This document shows positions 36,118 to 48,100 of a stretch of DNA of 64,000 nucleotides, piece by piece. The notes beneath the pieces were generated by a model that had not been told where the DNA came from, searched no databases, and worked only from the letters and a program-made list of their open reading frames with translations. Each line of letters starts with the position of its first letter. The first letter of the stretch is position 1. A program made the translations under genes and the position numbers. The stretch is from Phoronis australis. Taxonomy: Eukaryota > Animalia > Phoronida. The stretch covers positions 289,953 to 353,952 of the forward strand of contig NMRA01000437.1 in NCBI GenBank assembly GCA_002633005.1. Direction: 5' to 3'.

Positions 36118-39100
36118 ATGTCCGATTCCAGAGACAGAGATAGTAGTGGGCGTCGTAGGAGGAGACGAGGAGGGATACGCAAGGTCATTAAATGTTGTCA
36201 TTTTGTTTACTCTTCAGCCGTATCCTAAATAATCTTAAATAAAATAATAAATTGTGAACGATATAGCCTTGTGACTGTGTGAGTTGAGAGGCCTAGACAG
36301 TGACCAGCGTCCTACTGACACCGCCAGTAGGACGGTTTAGTTCCTATAAGCGATTCATACACCGTAAGATTTTCAAGGAATTATGCCTCGCACTGACTAA
36401 AACATTCAAGTCAAGTTGTTATAAATACCTTTTGTGCACAGAGGGACACCGTTAGGAGGCCGTCGATGTACTTAATTCCCTCCAACTCGAACGTATAGTC
36501 TGGTTATCAAACCTTTTCTTTGAGCATTCCCTCATTCAGTTCCCAAAATCGGTAGGCCTAGCTCACCATTTTCAGCACTGCGCATGGCAGGTGGTATGAC
36601 GTCATATCCCCTGGCGCGCACAAAGTGAAAATGCCGAGTTACCAATTTTGGGAACTGAACGATGAGCTGCTCGAAGAAAAAGTTTGATAATGGGAGTATT
36701 TGTTCGAGTTGGAAGGAATTAAATACACTTACGACTTCCTAAGGTGTTCCTCTATGTGCAAAAGGTATGTGACTATGATGTTTTAGTCAGTGCGAGGCAA
36801 AATTTGCCGAAAAGCTTCCGGCTTATGAAGCGCCTATAAGAGCTGCACTGTCTCTAGTGACGGTGCCAGTAGAGACGATGATCACTCTCCAGGTCTTTAT
36901 CCAGGATTTCGAAAATAGGGTGTCCAAAATGGGGTTCCCAATATTCCAGGGCATCCATGATTCCGACGCATAACCCCCCCCCCCACCCCCAGCAATCCCC
37001 CCAAACACAGATTTTTTTACAAAAAATGCATAGACCAAGGTTTTTACATCTAAGTTTACAAAACAGCCTTCTGTTGTGAGCATTTTTACTAAAAAACTGT
37101 GTAGACCAAGACTTTCCAATGCTATCAACCAAGTGTGAGCATAGCAACATTGTATATACTTTGTATCACTGTGTCACTGGTTGCACAGCCACCAACAGGC
37201 CGGCACCCTGTCCATCTGCCACTTGCAATCCTTCTCAGTGTTTTTGGGTCTTGCCTTAGTTGGGTGCGAATATGAAGTCATCTGTACTTTTGCATGGTTC
37301 AGTCAGGAATCACACCAGCAACACTCAGAACCAGAGTGTTGTGTCCAAACCATTTGGATAATAGTCAATTGCTGAAGTTGACAAGCTGTTGAGAGAGAAC
37401 TTTAGCATGACACAACTAGAAGTCAAGTGATACAATTAGAACAGATTACTAGAATATAAGTAGGTAAATAAAACAACAAGAATGGATCAACTGAAATTTT
37501 GGGATATTATAATGTTAATCTGTTTTTATTTCCAGGATCAACGAGAACCAAGAGAAGCTGATGCTGGCCCTATAAAGCCTGTTATTCTGGCCAAGCCTGG
37601 ATCCTTATTTAATGTGGACAGTTCAAAGGTTTGAAGCTAAATGACAATATTACTATTAATCTTTTTAAGTTGAGTATGAATTTGTAAATTTTCTAATTAT
37701 TTGCCATTTTTTATTGTGGCACATTTCGTGGTTTTATGAATTGTTGATTAATTTGTAGTCGATTTTAATTCTGGAAGCACTATGCTACCTCTGTCTATGC
37801 TAGTCATTAGCATATCTGGCTGCATGGTCTTGCATGTCCGAATTGCTGGTCTGACTTTTGTGGTGTCTTCAATCACAGTTATGTGACATTTCATACAATC
37901 CATTGCCTGCCCATCAAGCATCAGTGTTTTGTCTTTTTTTCACAAAGTTGAGTCCAGTTACCTTTGGCAAAAGTGGTAAATCACAGATATTGCAGTGGAC
38001 CAGGTTGTTCTGTATAACCTCTCTTGGGCATTCCATCAATGTCAAGGTCATCCGTACAACTGCGTGTCAACAACCCCTCCATTTATTCCACTGGTTGTTC
38101 TCTTCTCCACCAGGTGTCAGGGGATGAAGGTCAGTTACCAAGTCCCAAACAGTTTGAACGTCAGCCAGTGTTGATGGTGAAGCCAAGAGATGACACCTGC
38201 ACATCACCGGCACCTCACAGTATACCTATATCTATCCTTACAGGTGATTTAAGTAGAAAGTTGCAGCAATGTTGTTTCTTAAAACATTTCAAACTATGGC
38301 TTAGCAACACTCTCAAGTCAGACATTTAGCAAAGAAACAATGTATATTCAGACAATCCAACCACCACTCCACTTTTAAAAGTGTTACAAACTAAAGTGCA
38401 TCTTGTTAGAAAATCAAATTGGAAGATGAAGCAAGATAACAGCATGCTAGTCATCACGAGTAATTTGTCTTCGCATCGTCTGAGAAAAATATTCAAGGTT
38501 CATTATAGCCTTCATGTATAATTTCATGTTACATTTTTGTGAAAGATTTTCATGATGTACTGGCCAGTCAAAATATTTCACGTGTAAAACTGCACCGTAC
38601 TCAGGAAGTTGTGAATAACATTTTGACAACATCATGCAGCTCTATTGAAATATTCGTCGATGCATGATGACTGTTATTTAGTTTGTGGGGTGTAGAACTG
38701 TTGGCTTATTAGCTACCTGTCGTTTAGGAAGGGCGAGCTTGTGCAAATAGTATAACTTGTCTCAAATGTACATTTAATTTTTGTTGGTATTTTATTGTGA
38801 ACCTCTCCAATAAGCTTGGCATAAGTATAAAACATCAAATGTTCAGGGATGGTTCAAAATTATAGAGCTTTGCAAAAGCATACAATGCAATTTGGCAGAC
38901 TTTCCATCCCGGAAATACTATTAATTTTCCACTTTAAGGGACATTTCTGCCACTGTCTAGTTGTCATTGGTGAATTCTTAACCAATGAAAGTGATTTTGG
39001 TTTTAAAAACGTTATAGTGCTCATTCTGTCTTGAATAGTTGCTGAATTTGCCAACAGCGCAAGTCTCGGGCAATGCGCACTTACGCCTCTGCAATTTTAG

Positions 39101-42100
39101 GCTTGGCCAACCCCAATAAACTCTGAACTGTTTTCTTGAGTCACTGATGGTTTCAGTGTTGTTGGTGGTAACTAAAGTAAGACACTGTCTCTGTGCGAGA
39201 AATCATGAGACTGATTCTATGATTTTGGTTTTGTGAAAAGCTGTGGAAAGTGCAGATTTACAGTGACTTTTATATCCAAAGGCTGATCATTTTGTTTTTA
39301 AAAAACATAATTATCTAATTTAAAATATTTTCCATATTATACCCGTGTGTTCTCAATTAAAGCACAATTTCTTTGTGAAGTCACGACCAAAATTATTTCA
39401 TGTCACAGTGTTCATTTTAGTGGGTGAGCATGTGTCTCAATATGAGCCGGGGTACAGATTTGAACTAAGTGTTTGACGTGCTCTTTTGGCCTTATCTTTC
39501 GATCTTCTATTTCTTGAACAAAATTAATGTTTCTTTATTTATTTATTTATGCTGTACTTAGGTGAAGCAGCCCCTAACCCTGTATATCAGCTTCAAAGAC
39601 ACTCCTCAAGCCTGTCACCAGCCCTGGATGCTGGGGATCAGTCAAGGCTCCCTCTAGTGCCAGAGATGACCCAGTGTGTCAAGTTGATTGACGAGCAATT
39701 CCAGTGGTGTGAATCAGCTAGTGAGGTACGGTGTGTATAACTGAATGAAAAGCTTTCTGAGCATGCCATAATCATTTCCCACTAAACGAGATAACGTCAA
39801 GCACCACTGATCAGGAAAAACTTGGCAGATTGAACTAGACTGTATTTACCCACCTTGGCTGTGTTGCGCTGAACTCACGATTTGCTCTATTCATTGAGTC
39901 ACCAGTGAGGATAATTTGCTTCGCTCATGCAAATGTGATCAACTGATTACAATCTAGCCTAGATGGCAGTACTTTTTATGGAGAATGTTTTATGTAGTTT
40001 TGACTGGAATATTTGAAAAGAGGAGCAAATATGATATTGGTACAACTTTGAATTTTTCAAATCGGCCCAGGATAAGAAATTTTACAACACAGCAACACTC
40101 ACGATTATTTTCATTTGGCATGCACGAAAATACAAAAATTTTGGTCCCAAGTTAGGTAGTATAAAATAATGTAGACCTACTCGGTGTGTTATTTACATTT
40201 TGGAACACATGCATTGTAATACTTATAATACCTTTATTTTAGCTATTGCAAGCTCTAAAACGACATTTAATTTCATTGTGCTCATCCATCAAATCAGAAT
40301 TTCTGATATGTGACTCACTGCGAGTGTGCATATGAATACAAAACCCAGGCTCCGTGTGAAAATTAATATTGTCGCTACATTCCTGATGTACAGTGAACAT
40401 TAAGAAACTTTAGTATGCCGTTATTATTGACGATAAAACGAATTTCAATTTTGACGGTAGTCTTCATACAGCTAACTGTCTGACTAGGTACCACTGTGTG
40501 TCCCTGAAATTTCACACAACCTCGGTAGTTCTGCTTGTCACCTCGTCATGAAGAATTATCAACATGTAGAGCCTAGTTCTAGTTGTATTACTCCCAGGTA
40601 GAGCTAAGGACCGTCGGCCTGTGCATGCAAAATCTGGGAGTTAACCGACACTCACCTTGCCCATTGCAGCCGTTTAAGTGAAAAACAATCTTACTAATAA
40701 ACATCAGTTTCTTGTGTAAGTCTCCACCTTTAGTTACAAAGAAAAGTCCGTCATCGTTTCGAAAACAATTCGCTTGTGACACGCGCACACGCCATTTCTT
40801 AATTTGCGATGTCTTTTGTTAGCTGATGACAGGTTCACAGCAAAAAATTTTGTTCTAAAATTCAGTTTGCTGGTATTAAAAGACTGAAAACTTGTAATGA
40901 AATGAAACCAGTTCTGATAATTTGTTGTGACATGTACTCAGCCTCGTGGAAGAAGAACAGTTGATTGAGGAATCAGTGGAAAAAGAAATTGGCCAATAGG
41001 TGACGCAATATTTCATGGTGCCGAAAGCCAAGCAAAAGATCGCACCACAATTTTAGCAGCAGAACAACAGTAGAACGCCAATTTTGATTAGTTAAGTGCT
41101 TGTCTCAACACATTAGGTACTGTAAAAATGAGTCTGAGAAAATTTTACATAAAAATAAAATGAAATAAAAAATTAAATTATTTTTCAAATCTTAGGAAGG
41201 TCTATTTCATTCACTTTCGGATTACTTGTCCTTGTGTGCATTCGGCTGAATGTGAAGTTTGCTAAATGACTTTTATCTGTTACACACACTTTTCGTTAGT
41301 TCTCCATAATTATGTCATTATTTTGGCCCCCAGGTGCATCGTAAAATGATATTCAGGCTTTTGTTTGTGGGACAAGTATGGCTACCTATCGTGTTGTTTA
41401 CATGTTTCTGTGCCCTGACTGGCTTGACAGACACATCAGGATTATCCACTGCCATTAACACTTTCAACTGCTAATTTGTTTTGTTACTTCCCAATTTTAT
41501 TTATGTATTAATGCCACATTAGGTACTGTTGGACAACACAGATTTTCTGGTAGTCGGGGTCATAGGTCATCAGGGTGCTGGCAAATCTTCCATCTTGTCC
41601 TGGCTTGCAGGAAACTCACCATCAGACCCAGACAGGTAAGTTATGTGCCTGAAAGAGAATTATCACTGTACAAAATTTTTAAAATGGCATTGAGAGAAAC
41701 ATCAGAAATATTTGTGTTACTGTTAAAATCTGGTCAGTGTGTGTCGTTGCTTTGGTGACAATTTGCAGTTAAATGCCACGTTTTGGATCAGAAATTTGTC
41801 ACAAATCTTAATAAAAAACAGTTGAGCAAATGAGAATCTGTCATAACGGTATCATTTGTGAAGAAAATTCTGTCAGATTTGAGGCTTGCATGAATCCTCA
41901 CCAAAATTTGTTTAAGACTGGGCTGCTGGATTTATCACGATCTTTGGGTTTGAAATTTTGACTGAAATACTGCTTTTGCAGGCAGTATGTTTTTCCACCT
42001 CAAACACGAGATGTTCGGGAGACCAGCTCGCACCAGACGACTGGGATAGACATGTTCGTCACGCATGAGCGACTTGTCCTACTTGACAGCCAACCCCTGT

Positions 42101-45100
42101 TAAGCGCATCGGTGTTGGACAGGTGTATCGAGAAAAAGTACAGTGCCGAGTACAGCTCAGTGGAGAACTATGTTGAAATGCAGGTAAGATGCGGAAGATA
42201 GTGATTTGTTTTCTCTTGGGTTATGGTGTTTATTGTATCATTGTGACATCAAATTAAATATTCCAAACTACACTTAGATGAGTAATACTGAAGCAATGGT
42301 GGCAGTCAAACTTGACTTAAGTACCTTCAATATGTATTTCGGCTCTGGATCTATTCTCAAGTTTTTATTGAAGTCATCGGTATGATAAGTAAAATATGAA
42401 AATGAAAATTTTGGCTATTTTGTTGAATTAGAGGACACATTACTAATACTTTATCTTGTATGCTACGTAGCAGTCTTGGATTTTTTCATTAATTTATCTA
42501 ATATGCTCGAGATTTTTCTCAGATATTATCGGTGGTCACGCTTTGTTGATTGTTACTCAGAAAACTGAGAATTACTCAAGATTTTTGGTTGAGTATGTTT
42601 TGGTGTTGTCCGAAACATGAGACATTATTTTGTGCGATTAATTAAATTTGTAATTTTCGAGTAATTTATGGGCCAGTAAATTTTGATGTTTGTGGCCGAG
42701 TAAATCTTAGGGAGGTTAAATAGTTCAGCAGTGTTCTGTTAACCCATTCACACAGAATCCAATGCATTTTACTACACTTTGGTTCAGTCCCACTTGTTAA
42801 GGTCGTAGCTCTGCACACGTGACTTTTCTAGTTGGAAGATAATTGCAGGTGATGCTGTACAGTCCTGTAAATTTTATTTCACCGTCTGCTATTCATTGTA
42901 ATCTTCTGTTCTTTCCAGTCACTTCAGCTTGCTTCTCTCCTGTTGACAGTTTGTAATGTTGTCATTGTTGTTCAAGACTGGTTTGTCGACAGTCATTTGC
43001 TGAGGTTTGTAAAAAGTATAACTACATAACTGCGATTTATATTACAAGAATTTAACTAAATATGACAAGCCATCATTTAGTGCCTATTATGACTTACTGA
43101 TTAATTAAATAAATGTCGCCAGGAAAACGAAATTTACTAAAAAACAAAAAATACTTACTTGGGAGGGGGGAACCCCTTCCCTCCACTCGGCGCTACGCGC
43201 CTCGGATTCGCGCAAATTCTAAACCCCCGCTTACTGAAAACATAAATCTGCCTCTGGAAAGCGATCTCGGAGACTTGTGAGGTGTTCATAAACCCACATG
43301 CTGTGCCGTCTCTCAAACTACTGTTTTGTTTCATGTTTTAAAGTGGCACCCTTTGTTTTTGCTTTTTAAATATGTCTAATTAGCATTAATTTTCCTATCT
43401 TAATACTGTAGACTGACCTCATTGGTTGTTTTCAATTAATTAAAACGTAAGTAGTATTTCGTGAGATTTTGAGATGGGTTCTTAAACAGTTGTGTCTTGA
43501 ATGCCACATTTGTAACAGATCACCTAACTGAGAAAGGCTTGTTAGATTAGAACTTTTTGTAATGAGAACAGATTGAAAGTAGAGTGTCAGGGTAACATTA
43601 CTCATTTCCAGGTTCATTAACACAGCGCAGATGTTAAAACCACCTCCACCCGGATCCAGTCACGACACGCCCTCTGGTGGTGGTGGTGAAGACACAAGTG
43701 CTGAGCACAGTGCTCATCTAGGTGAGACACCTAGTTGTTGTCACACATTAGACTCTAGCGCCTAAATATTAAGTAGGTCAATCACGCAAAGTGTTTTCTT
43801 TATTCAGCATCACAGGAGTGTTCAGTGTTCGGCAACGCTTATGTCCGAACCTGGTAATATTGTAATCAATCATGCAGTTTGATTGGAGGTCAGACTTTGG
43901 GCACTTCTTCAGGATTACATTTAGAAGTGTGTGAGTTTGTGCACATACTTTTTAAAACATTACACTGACCTCACTGAAGATTGCCAAAAGTAATAGAATG
44001 GTTAGAGAATGGAGAAGTTACCTATTGGCGACCTGTTTGTGTTTGGGGACCTAGGTTTCGGGCCCATCATGGAATCAAACATGTGTTATGTGACAATGAC
44101 TAATCCGACTGAATGTTTGATCTCAGTCCCAATGTGTCCTAGAAGTTTGACCCTTTTAGAGTCAACGTAGCCCTTCCGTACGTTCAGGGTCTCTCGGAAA
44201 AACTGTCTAACATCTTCAGAGGACACCAGGTGGGCACATACCATAAACCATTGAACACTCCTATGGAGTGGTCTGGTTCACCCGGCAGATAAGTCAGACG
44301 ACAACAAGAAATGCAGGGTGATCAATATGATCGAGTGTCCAGCCAAATATGTTTGGTGAGACTGCTCGGAATTTAGGAACTAAACTTAAAGAACATTTGG
44401 TAACCCTACAGCCATAGGAGAACACCGTATGGACACATCGCATAACATTGCAAACCTACTATACTGTCTAGAGAAAATAAATATTGCAATCGTAAAATCA
44501 GAGAAGCAGTCGAAATCATGAGCTTTAAGCCAAAATTGAAGAGAGACAGTGGATATGAATTACCACATATTTACCAGAACCTCCACGCAAGTAACATCCA
44601 CCAGGGGTTGTGACAAAGATTCCCGCCAGTACCACAACTAAAGGCCCATGATGCACTCGAAAGCTTGGTCTGCAAAAAATGGTTGTTGATAAGTAACTAC
44701 TCTCTTCCTATACTGTGTAACGGTGCCACCTACGATTAGTCATTCTGTCATTAATATAGTTACCGGGTTATTGCCTGACTTTCACCTAAGTCACGGAGAG
44801 AATTATCTGTTGAAGATTTAAACAGCTGCAAATAAGCAACGCAGGCACACATCGATGTTCTATTTCGTGTACTCTGGTACCCGTGGTGGATACCTACTTC
44901 TACCTCAGGTATGGGCAAATGTTCAAAATTAATGCTATAAACCATTCTTTGTTTGGCGACACCACATGGCACGAAAAGGCTATTTCACGTATCATTTCAC
45001 AGGCCGGTATTTGAGTGTTTGCACTCTGTTTTCTTGTGGTATTAAACCTTTGGTAGGACTGTCTGGATTATCCAATACGTTTAGGATAGCAAAAATACCT

Positions 45101-48100
45101 TCGAGGAAGGCTTCAAGAAGTACCTATCAGCATGTCCATAAATTGATATTTTCTAGATTCGTCTAAATAGTGTTAACGCAACTTGTTTTTGTTACAGTAT
45201 TCGTACAGAACAGGGCCCCCAGTGACATGTTTTCTTCACATGCTTATCAGCAGATGAATCAAGTCCTGTACAAGCATTTCGAAGATTCCGCTTTAAAATA
45301 TAAAGGTAATTTCACTATTCTGACATCGATGAGCACTTTGTTGGTGGGGGGGGGGGGGGNNNNNNNNNNNTAAATTTCAAAATGTCATGAAAAAAATTGT
45401 CACGGTTACGCAATTCTTCACCTATTTAACGCTCAACATGACTAAGTAGTGAAGTGTTATTTTACCAAATTTCTTTGCCTAAATGCCTATTTTAAAATTT
45501 TTAATTGATCACTAGCGTTGGTGGTTCTGTGGTAAATGTTACCTTTATTTGCACTAATATAGTCATCCTTTGGGAAACGTCACACAAGTGTTGGTGATTA
45601 TTTTTGTGCGAAATAAGTCAAGAATTACCGTGGACCACATAATTGCTCTGTCTTTATCGAACCCTGTTTTAATGGATACATAAAATTTCAGACAGGTTTG
45701 TCCTGTTGAGCACTTTGCAAAGTTATCAGATATAGAGGTACGATTTTTCAGCAGCCTTCCAGTTTATATATTTTATTTGCTCATTCACCAATGGAGACTC
45801 CTTCATTGTGTTTGCCCTAATTTTGTGAAAGTTTTACATCGACAAGTCTAACTCTGTCAGTAAAAGTGTTTAATTTCAGAGAGTAGAAAATCTATAGAAT
45901 TTGATTTTTTTACTTTTTACCAATGTCGTTAATTGGGTGACATGACCATGTCTTTTTAATATAAATTAGCAAAAATAAAAGCTGCATTGATAGCAAAATA
46001 GTATCGATAACATGACCAAATTCGTTCCACACAAATGTTCAAGATGAAATGCCAAAAATGCTGTCACAGTACTTTTCATAAGTGTCATTTCATTTTTGAG
46101 TTACGCAACTTCTGAATTTTTTGACAAAAATCGTAGAAGTTCTAATTTTGTTAGTCCCTTATGCAAAAGTGAAACAATAATCAATCAATCAATCATGTTA
46201 TGAATTCGATCAGCCATTTGCGAGCCATGGTGTTCTAAAGTCAGCCAAATTTGGAATTTTACTAATGTCCTAAATAACCTTAATAATGTACATGAGCAAA
46301 CATGCACGCATCGTACCCATCAAAACTGTGAAGTGCATGATTTTGCTTTGTTGAAACTTTGCACCAGGATGAGTGTAAGTGCACTCACGGACGATGTATT
46401 GAAATTTCTGGGTATTCATTCTTTCTGTTAAACATTAAATGACTTTGCAGGTGGGGTCAGTATGGCCAACAGAAACTTCTTATGCGATATGTCCGAGGCC
46501 GATGATGCCAATGGCTGTAATCTGTTCCTCATACCAGAACTAGACATGACTGAGACTTCAGGTGAGTACACAGTGGTAGAAGTTATATCTTAGCCAAGTT
46601 TTCTCGTAAGACCAAAAGAGCTGTTTTGACTACAATTTCTGTCTGGATCAGGTGTTGTGGCTAACTCAATTGCACAAAGTAATCATCTGAGTTGTCAAGT
46701 TTCTCCAGAAAGCGGTTTAGGGCTGTTCCAGTAAAATCCGTGTGGGAGGGGGGGACGGCAGTAGAAATAAAAATTCATGGGTGGTTGTCTTAAGAAAAAA
46801 ACGCAAATTATGGGTGGCCGTTCCTGTAAAAAGTGGTGCATTAAAAATGGGTGGTCTTTTTTGACCAGTCAATGTTGATAGTTTGGTTACTCCAGCCCTC
46901 AGAACTAAAAACAAAATGCAATTGGCAAATATCCTAACTTATCCCAAAACAAAAAAGCCCATATTGCCAGTGAACAGAGTGCAACATGTTCACTAAGCCA
47001 TTAATCAAGTCATGGGCAACTTGATATGAGCCAATTGTTTTTCTGCAGTCCTATTGAATTGAAAAGTTATGCAACACTAAACTGGTGTTAACACATATGA
47101 GAAAATTGATGATTTTTTAAAAAAAGTATGAGGAGTAAGATAAACAAGTTCCAATATTCACTTGACATAGAAGTATAAAAGAGTTTGTGGAGACAGTTTG
47201 AGATTCATAGATCCTTATAATTGAAAAAATGTTCATTGAAATTATAGACACATGGTGAACAGAGACACCTGGTGGCTGCCGAAAGTATTGCTCACAGGCT
47301 ACTTTAGTTTTTGACAATATTGGACAAGACGACTAGTTCTTGTCTGTCAATCATCTAAGTTCTTAACAGGTCATCCTGGTGGCAGTTTGTTTGCAAGTGT
47401 TGGATTTTATATTTTAACCTATCAAAAATAATTAAAAAATTATGGGTCATGGGTTGGAGAAATAAATGAAAAATATGGGCGGTGGGTACGAAATAAAAGT
47501 GCCTTCCCCCCCCCTCCCATACAGATTTTGCTGGAACAGCCCTTACTAGCAGAACACATTATGGTGGTTCTCTGATATTCACTCATCAAATTAATGTAAC
47601 TCCTCTCACTAGTTGGACGATTTTTTCATTGTTCGAAGTTGATGTAACGTATTTCCTTTAGACAAAGGTAAAGACAACTTAGTCGCGTCTGCATAAGCAC
47701 TGATTTGAAAGTTAGCAGAGGACAGCCATAACCAAATTGAACGTCTGAGCCAGATATTAGCTGTCTCCTACTTAGGGATCGGGTTCAACATCTCAAGTGC
47801 TGACGCTAGCCAAGGTTAATCGTACCTGACCATAGTGAACAAAACTCAAGTCACTCGTCACAGGAGAAAACTTGGCATTGTGGGCTGGTTGGCTCCTAAA
47901 CAAGTGTTTTTTCAAGTCCCCACCAGTCAATAATAATAGATAAATTTATGCCTGGAAACAAAAAACCAAGCCACTCTATTACCACGCTACACTGAGAAGT
48001 AGCCCTGTGGAATGTTTTGTCCCGTTAGATTCTGTGCCTGGATCTCACTGTGCATGCCCTGCTTTGGACTTCTGTGTTAAACAACTAGACAGTGATGAGC

